A program made the position numbers and the translations under genes. A stretch of 62,488 nucleotides of DNA, the filler included, from Hausera hauseri (lineage: Eukaryota): assembly GCA_046269625.1 (NCBI GenBank). It is 14 parts of 14 records of this genome, joined end to end, with 100 filler letters (N's around TTAATTAATTAA, not from the genome) between each part and the next. Parts side by side here need not be neighbours in the genome. Positions count along the whole stretch, not along the records: positions 14,178 to 18,628 come from JBJURY010574894.1; positions 18,729 to 22,868 come from JBJURY010738321.1; positions 22,969 to 26,918 come from JBJURY010863853.1; positions 27,019 to 31,014 come from JBJURY010831525.1; 10 more parts are not named here. One strand, written 5' to 3'. Of this stretch, positions 14,178-27,144 are shown piece by piece. The notes beneath the pieces were generated by a model that saw nothing but the letters and a program-made list of their open reading frames with translations, was not told the DNA's origin and did no database searches. Positions within the stretch are counted from its first letter, which is position 1. Each line of letters begins with the position of its first letter.

Positions 14178-17100
14178 TTTTATTGCGTATTTCAAGAATG
14201 GTGCAAACGGAGGAGACATTATACTGTGATGTAAAGACAAAATCAACTTTGTGATGCTGCTTTATTGACAAATGAGTTCGAAGGCAAATAGTAGGTTTAT
14301 TTGTGTCAATGTTAATAATAGTGGCGCGTTCCATCAATTCAGTGAGTGGTATAGCTGTAGTAATGGTGTATGTAGCCGTTATAGGTATTAGGAATGCTAG
14401 AAAGATGGGGAAAAAGATAGCCGAGTATCGGTTCTGAATGAAGTGTGCAGGGTAATATTATGACGTATTCATGGAGTGAGTTTTGTGCATAGCTGCCACT
14501 TTGGGCTCTTCTGTTGTAAGTGATTCTAACTCTTTCGCGTATGAAATCATTATATGATGTAGGTGCTCGAGTCACTCGTTGAACAGGCAGCTTCATATTT
14601 GTCAGGTCCTTTCTGGATAAAAAGTGTTTGTGGACGTACATCAACAACTTTGTACGGTCCTTGACTTGTACATGTTAATTTTAACGATTTACCTTTCTTC
14701 ATCGCAGGGTAGTGAACCATTATGTAATCTCCCATCTTATAAGTATGGGGTCATGCTTTCTTGTTAAATCTCTTTTTATATCCGGCTCTGTACTTTTCTT
14801 CAAACTGTTTTGCTTCGCGTTGAAAGTATTCGAGTCGTTTTAGCAAGATCTGGTACTGATCGTCCATGTGATCTCTGGTTAAAAAGGATTATGGTAATAA
14901 TTCCGTATCTAAGGTTAGTAAAGGTAACTGTCCGAACATTAACTCAGAGTAAATGATTAGTACTTTTGGTAGGTGTCGTATTAATTGCAAAGGCAGTAGT
15001 TTTTAAATGGTTATGCAAATCTTTTTGATCATTTGCTACCTTTGTAGAAAGGATACCTTGGATGGTACGATTCATTCTTTCGACCATACCGTTACATTGT
15101 GGGTGGTATGATGTCGTTAACAAATGTTTGCATTGGAATATTTTTGACAATTTCTCGAAGAATTCGCTAATGAAACATGGTGTACGGTCAGTTAACAACT
15201 GTTTCGGGGTGCCCAGTACAGCAATAATTTTGTAGAAAAAGGCTTCAGCAACTGTGCTACTGGTCATGCTTTTTAATGACACCAATACAACGTAGCGAGA
15301 AAAGTAGTCAACAATGGACAGTATATATTTGTATCCTGAGTCTGAAGCTGGGAAGGGTCCGGAGATATTTATTGAACACACTTTCATTGGCTTTTGTGCT
15401 TTAGGTAAGCTTCCTAAAAACGGCTTTACACGAAATCCTCTATCTTTCCTTGTGGCGCATATTTTACACGAACGTACCCATCCTTCAATATGCTTATTCA
15501 TTTGGGGCTAGTAATATTTTGCGGTTATACACTTCAAAGTCTTATTTAAAGATGGGTGTCCAGCTAAGCGTGAATCGTGTTCTTGCAACATGACAACCTT
15601 GATGGCCGGTGTGGGTACAAGGATCAGTTTTCTTTCTCCGACTCTTAGTCGTAAAATGCCATTTTCGATTTCAATATTTTTTCGGTTCTTTTCATAAAAT
15701 TTTTGAATGTGACTTGATATTGAGTCAATTAATTGTCCGCTGATTAATTGTTTGATTCGAACAATAAAGGGATCTTGGTTTTGTAATGTCTCGATATTTC
15801 GTTCTTGAATTTGGCGTTGTTCTTGCACCACATCGTTAATGATTTTCTCATTCAATTGTTTGTCATTCTCAATATATAATGGTTTATAAACTGCAGCTAC
15901 TATCTTATTGTATGGCATTCTCGAAAGTGCGTCGGCGTCTCTTTTCTTTGCCAGGACGATATTGATATTCAAGATCATAATTCAAAAGTTCCAACTTCCA
16001 TCTTTGGATTCGACTTGATACATGTCTATTGTCGGAGCATAAAGATAAGAGTGCCTTATAATCAGTAAATATTGTGATTTTATGACCGTAAACGTAATAC
16101 TTCTAATGTCGCAATCCATCACGAATAGCTAGTAACTCTAATTCAGTGGTTGAGTATTTTTGTTCTGCATTATTTAACCTACGTCCTTCGTAGGGGATTA
16201 CGTGTTCAGTTGCTTTTTCTGGATTTTGCTGGGCTAATATGTAACTAATAGCTTTTATGCTAGCATCGGTTTTCAGAATAAATGATAACGAAAAAGCTGG
16301 GTATCTCAATATAGGTGCTGATATCATTCGCTTCTTAATCTCGTCAAATGCATTTTGGTTTTTTTCTGTCCATTCTCATTTGTGATCCTTTCTTAAGAGT
16401 TTATATTGAGGCTGGTTAATTTCCGCAAAGTCAGGTATAAATGTAACATAAAATCCTCCCAAATCTAACCAAGCTTTCATTTCGTGGACATTGGTTGGTG
16501 GGGGATATTCCAATATTTTGGATATTAAATCAGGACTAGTCGGAATTGCTTGGTTGGAAACAACAAATCCAAGATATCTAACTTCTTTCTTGCACCATTC
16601 ACATTTTTTCGGATTTAACTTTAATTTCGCGAGTCTAATTCGGTCGAATACTTTTTTAAATTCAGCTAAATGCGCAGACCATGTCTCGGACGCGATGAGA
16701 ATGTCATCAATGTATGACAAACATCGTACTCCTTTTAGCACCAGGCGAATAAATTCTTAAAAGAATGTGGGTGCTGTTTTTAAACTAAATGGCATACAAG
16801 TGGATTGATAGACTCCGGTGCTGGTCTTGAATGCAGTTTTCCATCGATCTTCTTCAGCTACGAGGATTTGCCAAAACCCACTTTGTAAATCTAATGTGGT
16901 GAAATATTTACAATCTTTAAGTTCATCTATAATATATCGTATTCGGGGAATCGGATAAGCGTAATTCATCAGGTGTTTATTTAAGGTAACGTAATTTACA
17001 CAAACCTGGTTTAGTCGTATTAGCCTTCTTGGCCATAACTATGATAGAGGGCCATGGAGATTGACTTGGTTCTATAATACCTTTATTGAGCATGGATTGA

Positions 17101-18628
17101 ATTTGCTCCTTGACTTCCATTTGGAGTACTTTTGGAGGAGGGTACCATTTTGGTATAGGTTGTCGCAATAAATCTTTCTTTTCCTGTTAACGGGTCAATC
17201 ATAAATGATAATTTGAATTTGACTAAATCAATTCGTCCGATATCTGTTTCATTCTTTGCAAAAATATCAAGATACTCAAAATGAGATCTGATAAGTTTTC
17301 TAGATATTCATCTGATAGATTTTTCTTCGCTTTTGCGAGGACAACGTTTAATATATCTTCGGCATTTTCTTGTTCTGTGGTAGAGACGGTCGCGACTTTG
17401 TTATCGTAATTCTCATAAGTTGTTTCAAGGGCTAGTCCAATTTTTGTTTTTGTGAACAACGTGACATTTTGTGGTTGGGTTTAGAACTTCTACTGGAATA
17501 GTTCCTCCGATTACATTAACACAATAATGTGGTAATATATGCCCATTTCGAAGAGTTTTCAGCACAAACTCAATGACACTGTTATCTGGAAAAACTGTTC
17601 TAGCATGTATAACCATTCTAGAATTGGGTGGTATTTTCTCAACATGTCCTACCCAAATGTCTGTTTTGTTGTAATTAGGGGGTTTATCTTCATTATTTGG
17701 ACAAATTGATCCTGATTGTAAGTTTATGTGTACTTCCGATTTTTGCAACACATTCTTACCCAAAATGCATCGCTAATCCAAGGTAACCATTACATCAAAA
17801 GTTATCTTGACTTTCTGTCCACAAATCCATGGTTCACTTTCCTGTATCCATAAGGTTTACTGCATTGTTGAAATGCCGAAATAGTACCAAGCGAGTCTTT
17901 AGTAGCCAATTTTATTTGGCACTGTAATTTTTCTGGAATTGCATGTTTTGCTATTAACGCAACGTTGGCTCCGGTATCTACCATTGCATTCAGTTCAAAA
18001 GTATCAAAGTGGACTGTTGTATGTGGTCTATTTTCTCGTAATAGTTCAAGAAACGTTAATGCTTTGTTGTGGTCATCAATATGACCTTCCATCAAGGTGT
18101 AATTAGCCGAGTAATGTCGGTTTGTGCTGCTGGATAAAACGACCGTTAAACTCTGCAGTGATTGAGTATCATTTTCTGATACTTTGCGTTTATTCTTGAA
18201 TTCAGTTAAGTCTGGATAGCAACTGACATGCTTTATTGTTCTGTTGTTTATTGTTAAGATCGGAAATAGCCAAATGGAATCTTCTGTCTGATTGAGTTTC
18301 TATTGATCTAGTTAATTGATGATAAGGTACTGGGTGTAACGTACCCATTTTGGGTGAAACAGGTGGTGTTACTCGATTATTTTCCATATTCCGTGTAATA
18401 ATGGATTGACGTATCTCTTCCTGAGTATTTTGGCAAGCTACGCAATTTTATATAATCTTCTTTTTTGCGCAAGGATCCATTAAATCTGTTAGATTTGGTA
18501 ATTTACAAATTAGCATTGTTTTATTATCGTATGGTCAGCAGGTAATTTATGTTTATCCTTTTATTTGGCTTCATAAACTTGAATTTTCTCCTCGTATCCT
18601 TAGGAATCCCTGTTGTAGAATAGTACTT
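14178..18628 (-). mobile_element. pol: Large Ty3/gypsy-type element, pol region: pre-PR linker, PR (~17800-18095), dUTPase-like spacer (~17425-17650), RT (~16376-17168), RNase H (~15920-16330), IN (~14580-15600), post-IN extension
   Basis: VDTGANV; LDLQSGFWQI; YIDDILI; TDASIKAI..YSTTELELLAI; HDSRLAGH..CKIC; VDYFSR, TDR, HPQCNGMVERMN; GPY motif. Confidence 0.95.
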
Positions 18629-18728
18629 NNNNNNNNNNNNNNNNNNNNNNNNNNNNNNNNNNNNNNNNNNNNTTAATTAATTAANNNNNNNNNNNNNNNN
18701 NNNNNNNNNNNNNNNNNNNNNNNNNNNN

Positions 18729-20930
18729 TCCCTGGACCTATTTTCATTTCCCTTTAACACGTACGTAATTTTATCCCCTGTTGAAAGCTCTCGGATAAAA
18801 TAATGTACTTTGATTTTAAATTTTTGAGTATTACCCTGGAAGTTCTCCTTATTCCCCACTATAACACTGTACACACCTATAAGCACTTTACGTCTGTGTG
18901 TCTCTTCTTGGCTTGCACATCCTTAGAATTGATTTGAACTTCGTAGAACTCAAAATATATATCCCCGTAAATTCGCAATATCCCTTATCCAATGTATATC
19001 CATAAGAAAAAACATTGAAATAAGCTTTGCATACATACCTGGCCTTTGTTATCGCGGTGCCTTTCCGCGGCGGAGGTTCTCCACCTTTAGGTATTCGTGC
19101 AGATCCAATCAGTCTAATTTTATCAGTCACGCAACTTCCTTTAATATCCGCAGGGACAAAGGGGAAATAACAGTTGTAAACCATAATATTTGCATAACAC
19201 TTTACGTAAACTAACGTTCGTTCCCATACATATATCACTTGATAACGTACCATGAATTTTGAACCTCTTCCATGTCCATCTGTCACAACGTTTTCTCTTA
19301 TTAATACAACGTTGTCAACCCGACGTCTCCCATCCATCTTTCCTTTCATTTCTCTTTTTCCCTTGTTCCTCGATGAACGTCTGAATATTTTTGATAATTT
19401 ATTGTATCTCGTAATCTTATTAGAAACATATAATCTTGTTTGTCATCATTTTCTTTGCATTCCAGTTGCGTATTATCATATGCATAATTTTTTGTTAGAA
19501 AAGAATTTGACCTAGGTAATTTGAGATAATACGTTTGGGACGATCTCGTTATTTGAGTTTCTAATGACATTTCCCTGGCAAATTTTTCGTTCATTACTGC
19601 GGAGCTTTTATATGTGTTTCCTCCGAGAGAATCTGCGTCATTTGAAACAATTCGTTTCTTAATATCTGTAATATTTTCATAAAGCTTCCCGCTTTCCCAT
19701 GTGAAGCGGTACAACATTTTGTGAACAATAAACTTTTAAAATTTCAATTTATCTATTTCAATTTGTCCTGTTAATAATTAGTGATTATTATCACTAATAG
19801 TTGCCTGTCTATATATTCCATACACCCATATCTTTATCAATATTTATATACACATATATTCCAAATTCATTTTCCTTAACCAAATCTGGGCAATCCTGTG
19901 GCAATTGGAAAAATGTTGGTATACTATTAAACATGCAATATTCCTCATCAAAATACTGGTTACATGAGATGCAAATGACATGAGGTCCAGTTGTCAGACA
20001 CTTGATCAACCACAATTAATTTTCATAGGTCTTCAGTGGTCATTCGTCCTGTTTCATAAAATTTAACAATCTGAATTTGATTGGTAAAAAAATGAACTTT
20101 TGTGCTTTCTTTCGTTATTTTGTACACAATGGAGGTATGCTGTTTAATATATGTTCGTAATCTGATTCAACAATAATAGATTTGGCTGGTTTTTCACTGT
20201 CAAGTTTAACATACGATTCTGTTTGAAATTGAATGGATTCTTCGATTTTTTCATTAATTACATTTTCCTCCTCGCTGGAAATTGATTCGTGTCGTAATAC
20301 GGCGCTGTCAAAGGCAAGATGAGTGAAGTTTGGTTTCAATATATCACTGGAACTATTTGACACGTATGGAACGAAACTTTCATCGTTATCTTCAATGTCG
20401 CTTTCAATATTCGCATCTTCGATTTTAATATCCTGTAGAATTGGATCTTCCTTATACTCTTCTGTAACATATTCACCCTTATTTGCATTGAGATCATCTA
20501 CTTTTGCATATTCGAAACCATCTGATGATGAGCTTTGCTCTAATTTTTTTTATCACCACAATAATCAATTTTACTTAATTCAGAAGTTTCGGGTTCAACA
20601 GTGCTTTTGTGTAATTCAATGGCCTCCTTCACAATTGGATCAACAAATTCCTCTGCAAATTTTAGTATTTCTTCTTCGACTACTTTCTCAGTAAATTCCA
20701 CGATAGCATCTTCATCATGAGTTGGAGGATCGTCAAGATCGAGTAATCCTTCGTTCGAAATATTGACGTTGTCTCCAAAGTCTTTAGTCTGATAATCGGA
20801 TTCAATTATATCATTACTAACTTTTATTTCAATTACAGGAGGTTCATCAAGATCAATGATATTTTCTTGTTTGTATGATTCCTCTAATCTGGGAAAATTT
20901 AATTAATTCAGGAACAGTGTCATCCATCAT
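18729..20930 (-). pseudogene. Decayed ~700-codon ORF of unknown function (acidic N-terminus; probable retroelement accessory gene)
   Basis: Collinear same-strand ORF pieces; C-terminal part is homologous to 43270-43660. Confidence 0.5.
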
Positions 20931-21251
20931 GCAATTATAAAACAATAGTTTTGTAAAGACCGTCTAACGGCTTTCAACTCTCGGCGAACCATGGTTATTC
21001 TTCCTCTCCCGTTTTCCGAACCCTGCCAGGGATCATGCAATCATTATTTTGCACTCTGTTTTTATATCACGCACACTCATTTAACAATCTAACCTTTAAC
21101 AACCCGATTTCTAATGCAACCATCGTGCACAGTGTAACCAACATAAACACATACATTTATACATACACTATATATAATTTTATATATACATATATACACC
21201 CTGTATTCCCTTTAGACGTCCTGATACTGGCCGGATTGCCCAACTAGATGA

Positions 21252-22750
21252 TTAGGTTCTGACACACGCCTTCTTCTTGACAAGATCAAATGTAGTGGGG
21301 AATAACTGTTTCGCCTCCTTGAGTTCTTCGGCAGGGCGGTTCTTTACTAAACTATCCAGTGAAGACGACATGAAACGAAAGCCGTTTATGAAGCGAAACC
21401 TGATTTTACGAACATGCTTGGTCAATGTGATGTATTTTTCCTCACTATTAGGGATCACATCAATGTTTCCTTCAATACTGCCCAGTTCCCGAACAATGAA
21501 ATGGGAATCATAGCCACTGAGATTATGGAACACTACAGGAACATGTGTACGTATTTTGCAACGTAGATTGCAGTTGTTTCATGCTGCGTCCCGATATCTG
21601 CCTATAAAATGGCAACGATCCCTGACTTTATGATTCTCCTTAGTGACTGATTTGGAGCACAAGTAACATGCTGTTGCCTTGCGCCATTCTTCTTGCTGCT
21701 TCGGCATGCTCATTGTATCCTTATGCTGCTGCTGCATATCTTCAATCCTATGAGCCATATCTTCAAGTCGCTTCATGAAATGAGCTGCTGCGCCTGGACC
21801 CCTAAATAGATATGGTTCACTGTCCAGTCCTTTCGCATACATGCAATATAATGACAGCTTATGATATTGGTATGCCGTTGTGCTGCTGTGTTGGGGATTA
21901 GGACTGCAACTCTGAACTGGGCGCCGGATTGATTCAAAGTCGTAATAAATAACTATTGGGACCTTGATCTTCTTCTCGAACTCACTGAATTCAATATAGT
22001 CCTCCTGGGGGAAATCGGGCTTGATACAATAATTATTGTTGTAGTACATATTGTGCTTTGCAAACTTCAACACTGCGACATCACCGCTGAAATGGGTTAA
22101 GCATCGTTTACATATTTCTATTTGTCCATGATGTTTTGTAATTTGTGATCTGACTAGCCGCTCAAAGTCTTTGATCCTAACATAATGTTTCTTTTCTCCA
22201 TCATCTAGTAGGAGCATATCCCTATGATCTTCCAATTCAGTATCGCATATCTGCAGAAGGTAGAATTTGTGCTCCTCATCCAATCCCAAGATATTGATGG
22301 AAATGTTGTTGATTCGACTAAACTTCTTGACTTCATCTATGGATGGAGGGAACTTGATACATTGGAAGTCATAGTTGTGCTGCACATCCTTATATAACCA
22401 AACTCGTGAAGAATAATTTTGACCCCTTACAAGTTTTGATAAAATGACATGCATGAAACACGTGTTGTCGATATTATTGACATTGACACATGTCTTTTTA
22501 TTAGCGATCCAATCAGGGAGCTGAATATATGAACTGCTCCGCATGGGAGAGTACTTGTAAACGAACACAAGCAATCTCTTGATGGTTGCCACAGTCCATT
22601 CACCCTTCTTATCCTAGCTGTCCCAGACTTCACTGATCAGCTTCTTGTGCGCCTCTTGCAACCATTCTGTTATATTGGTGTTTTCCAATATAGGTCTATT
22701 TTTGGTCTTGAAGGCCCTCTTTGAAGGCTTTTTTGCCGTCAACATTGATG
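21252..22750 (-). pseudogene. Adintovirus/Polinton protein-primed DNA polymerase B, N-terminal/exonuclease fragment
   Basis: SSYIQLPDWIANKK.CVNVNN.DN.CF, HYVRIKDFERL, VIYYDFES, C-YL-C..VRDRCHFIGRYR, FHNLSGYDSHFIV, RFMSSSLDSLVKN. Confidence 0.9.
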
Positions 22751-22968
22751 TATGATAAAAGTTATTAAGTATCATTTCTGCAGTTTATATTATTATAGTA
22801 GGGAGAAAATGGGGATTCGGGCACAGCCCCCCGGGGGGATTGGATCGATAAATCGATATTGCACATGTNNNNNNNNNNNNNNNNNNNNNNNNNNNNNNNN
22901 NNNNNNNNNNNNTTAATTAATTAANNNNNNNNNNNNNNNNNNNNNNNNNNNNNNNNNNNNNNNNNNNN

Positions 22969-23984
22969 AAGATACATCGTGGATCTAAAGTTGTCATTAC
23001 ATCTAAAATCACTTTTAATTTTTTTCCACAAATTATAGGTTCGCACTTCCAATACCCATATGGTTTCAGACATTGCTGAAATGCTGATGTAGTACCGGTA
23101 CATTCTTTTGGGGCCAATTTTATGTGTGACTGAAACTTTTCGGGTATTGCATGTTTTGCTATTAATGAAACGCTGTCTCCAGTGTCTACTGTTGCGTTTA
23201 TATCGAAAGTATCGAAGTGAACTGTCGTATGAGGCCGATTATCTCTTATCAGCTCGGGAAAGGTCAGTATGTCGTTATGATTATCTATATGTGGTTCCAT
23301 TAAGGTATAACTTGCTGCACAAAAATTTGATGATCCATTTGATAACATGACTGTTAAACTATCTGAAGATTGCGTATCATTTATAGGCTCTTTCATTTGT
23401 TGTTTGAGTTCGGTTAAATCCGGGTAGTAAATTACTCGTTCAGCAAAAACTCGCTGTATTTTAGCAGGTGGCATAGTTGAAATCAAATAATTCGTCCTTC
23501 CATTTGGTTGTTCGATATTTTTATCGATGGTTTGTTTATTTAATTTGACTCTATGATGAGGTATAGGTGGCATTGTGTTTAATTTTGGAGACATTGGTAA
23601 TGATACTCTATTCTCTTCCATACTTTGAGTAATAACTGGTTGAAGTATTTCTTCTTGCAAATATCTAAAAATACTGCGCAGCTTTATGTATTCTTCTCTT
23701 GTAGCATACGGATCATTCAAGTCAGATAACTTTGGTAGCCTATCAATTGTTTGTTCGTCAGTTGGACGGGTTTTCTTTTCATACGGAGTGTCTGGCACTA
23801 CATAATTGCTCTTTAATTTTCTTTTCTTCACTGTAAAAAGTTTGCGGATTTTTCTGTTCTTTTTCTTGGAAATATTCGGTTTTGAGTAGTCTCCAAGTGT
23901 ATTGTCATCATCATCTGAGCTTGATGAATTATATTCCAGTATAGAATTGCCAGTCTTAATCCACATGTTTTTCCAATTTACCAC
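22969..23984 (-). CDS. Start of pol of the large gypsy family: ~250-aa linker plus aspartic protease (cut by contig end)
   Basis: RPHTTVHFDTF..VDTGDSVSLI (DTG at 23178-23186); closely homologous to 17800-18628. Confidence 0.88.
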
Positions 23985-26106
23985 GCCATTGTTTTATATG
24001 GTAAGCTTTAATGAATTTACCAAGTGGGGAAAATAGAGCACCAATTGTTCTCAGAGATAATCCTGTCAAATTGTAAATTTCGTATGCATTTAATATTGAA
24101 TTGATATAAACTTTCGAAATTTGCATGATAAAGTAAATAGCTAGAAATCCGGAAGCTACTTGTCCAAATTTTAAAAATTCACCCTACATTTTGTTCCATA
24201 AACTGGAAACTACTTTTGTATAGGCATCGGGCATCCACAATCGATCCCATTTTCCTTCTCCAGCAGAATCATCAATTACTCTGTGAATTCCTCTATTTAC
24301 TACTTGCTCTCGTTGTCTTGGATAGGCTAGAAATTTTACAAATGAGTCAATTTCTTTTTTACTATACAATGCTGACTTTGATACGTCAGTAAACATGTTT
24401 GTTTCAATGGCATGTCTGAGGTTAGTCATCGTCAACTTTTTTGGTTGTTCCTTTACTCTATCTCTATCCGGTAGTCTAACCCATAAGTCTTGATTATCGT
24501 ATTTGATAAATGGCTTGTTCAGTGCTGTACAGTTTTGAATTTCCGTTGGAATTGTGTGTGGTGCCAGTAATACTCTAGTTATAGGCTGAACATATCGAAT
24601 TTCATCTTTATACTTAACTGGTATTTCTGAGTAGCAAGGGGTACCAGTGATTAATGGTAAGTCCAATCTCTTGCATTTGTAGGTGAACAGCACTTCTCCT
24701 AGGACTCTGCCTTGGATTCCTTCGCCAAATGGCAATGTTATTGTTATCATCTCTGGATTTGAAGCGTAAATGGCCAATCCATTTCGTAATGTCTCAAAAT
24801 TGATTTTACAGAAGTTCTACATTGTCTCAGAATATATTTCTTCTATTGTTTTGTGGGTGAGATAAAATAGGAAATCATCTTGATTAGCGATGTAGTCAGC
24901 AATGTTCACTAATTGTGCTCTGTTAACTGGCGAATTATCTGCCTGTGCAATCTCTTTTTCCAATATGAAATAATTTTCATAGTTTGTACTGAACACTTGT
25001 TGTCCACATTTAACGATAACGTCTTGTTGTATAAATTTAACTCCTTCTTTTATATCCTTGGATATTACAATTTTAGGGGTTCTCACTTCTGGAATCACTT
25101 GAGTGTTTGTATTTTCAAAGTTTGTTTCATAGTGTCGAGCGTAACATTTTCCTGTCCTTACATTAAATTCGACTTTTCGAATCTGTACCAATGAGCATTC
25201 ATAGCTCTTGGGCACTGTCCATACTATAGTAGATGACTTCGTGTGACAATGTCCAATTTATAATCTGCAGAAAGATACATTTATCATTGTATTTGTACTT
25301 GTTTCGAAGATAAAGGTATTTTCTTTGATTTCGACTTCATATTGGTCGTGCATTACTACTCCTGAAATAACACCTTTGCCAGTATCAAAACTTCCAACTT
25401 TGAAATTATCTTTTTCATCCTTATGTCCCGCTATCCATTTCTCTTGCTGAGAAATTTGGCCTTTAATTGCTGTTAGTAGTATGTCTCCATATTTCAGTTC
25501 TTGAGTTTCAGTTGCATCTCGTCAATAAGTTGGATTAATCGACAAATATCTAGGCATCGTAGTAGGCTGTATTAAGCAATCATGGTGTAAATGGCCACAG
25601 TAAGAAATGGTGCAAAATACTCGCAATGAGCATTCTAATCCTTTTATGTAAAGCGTGGTTTTATCGTAATAAATAAATAGGTTTTGTAATATTGTTTCTA
25701 GTTTCCTCGGAAGTGCATCCGGGCATGATAGTAAGTCCATGAGTGAGTAGTAACTTCCTTCATAAATTTTGTCACAGTCATATGCCAATATGGTTCCTGA
25801 CCTTTTGAAATTAGAGAATAAAACCAGTATATATAGAATGAGTTGTAAGAAGAATCCGTTAGATTTTGTTCCGTCTGTCTTTTGTATATCTTCCTGAACT
25901 TGTTGCTTCATTGTCTCCATAACGACTTGAACTACTTCCTCTTGAGGTGTATTCTGAGTGATTTCATGAATGGCTTTTTCTAAAGTAGTTTGGCCTACTT
26001 CTGGTTGAGTTATTTTTTCATTTCGTAAGAACAAATCTTTCCATTTACCATATTGTGGTATAATTATCTTGCTAGCTTGGATTATTTTTCCAGCTGTTAT
26101 TTTCAA
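23956..26106 (-). pseudogene. env: Chuvirus/herpes gB-like (class III) fusion glycoprotein (env), ~630 aa from internal signal peptide at ~25854
   Basis: Hydrophobic signal FFLQLILYILVLF, then ILAYDC..YSLMDLLSC..LEC..SYCG; GEVLFTYKC..CYSEIPV..YVQPITRVL..NC; C-terminal membrane block FLKFGQVASGFLAIYFIMQISKVYINSILNAYEIY; a few stops and frameshifts. Confidence 0.82.
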
Positions 26107-26344
26107 CTCTCATTCACTTGCTGCATGCTGAATAGACACTGGTATGAACTGACAGAATTAGTTTAGACCTTGTTATTTATTACTATGAAATAATTAGTAG
26201 TTTTTTTAATCCCAGTCTGATTAAACATGTTTCACTCATAATGTCTGTGAGTAATTTAACGATTAAGATGTTATCATGGTTACTTGCAAGTTACGTGAAA
26301 ATATATCCTTTTCAAAATATGTTTCATTTTATTTTTGCCTACAG

Positions 26345-26422
26345 GCCATGTTGATGAGCACATGCTTACAGAGCATGGTGGACGAGCTGGTGATGATCAA
26401 GCAAGGCAAAAAGTTTAAGACA
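26345..26422 (+). CDS. SNX17: Internal exon of sorting nexin-17 (FERM-like C-terminal region)
   Basis: tttttgcctacag|78 nt|gtaagt, phase 0; AMLMSTCLQSMVDELVMIKQG matches SNX17 AIMMSICLQSMVDELMVKKSG. Confidence 0.85.
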
Positions 26423-27018
26423 GTAAGTGAATGATGCATTCAGAATGCCTTGAAAGTAATAAATGTTAATATGTGTATTGAAATATGGTATTATGACTTT
26501 AGTATATGATAAGACAATAAACTTGGCTTCCTTTTTTCAACCTCCCTGATAAAATCTTTAATAGCTGTTCTAAAATGCTATGTTAGATCATGAATCAACA
26601 GTAAACTGGAGTTGTCAGTGGATACAAACCGAGGGGGATTCTGAGGAGGAGATCGTAACACCCATGAGTCTGCTTAGAATGTATACCTTAGTACACAGGT
26701 AAATGTTGTCACCTGGCTGTTTTTTTCTCCCTGCAGCATCTCCGGCATCTAATCCATGACCACAGACATCCCCCTCATTACCGCCAAATTACATGCAAAT
26801 TTTCCCCCCAAATAAATGAGTTTTAAGTACTTGACAACCTGTCAGCCTTCGAATATTGAGACGTTCTGACGGCTAGATAAACAATCAACAATAATCACTC
26901 TATGCAAATTTGATATTTNNNNNNNNNNNNNNNNNNNNNNNNNNNNNNNNNNNNNNNNNNNNTTAATTAATTAANNNNNNNNNNNNNNNNNNNNNNNNNN
27001 NNNNNNNNNNNNNNNNNN

Positions 27019-27144
27019 GCTCTCCCCCTCGGTAGTTTTGGTCAGAACGGTAATCTTCAAGTCGGCCCTTTTTTCCGCAATATTGATCGCCGTACTCAAC
27101 CCCCCTATCCCCGAGCCGATGATCAGCACATCTGTTTTTAGCAT
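27019..27144 (-). CDS. nadB: Bacterial-type FAD oxidoreductase N-terminus, probably L-aspartate oxidase (cut by contig end)
   Basis: MLKTDVLIIGSGIGGLSTAINIAEKRADLKITVLTKTTEGES: GxGxxG Rossmann motif plus the TK...ES pattern of NadB; AAGGA just upstream of the ATG. Confidence 0.65.

Noticed and set aside
19042-19095. Kelch/HCF repeat reading of GGEPPPR
   Set aside because: No His or GG spacing and not repeated; treated as an orphan family motif instead.
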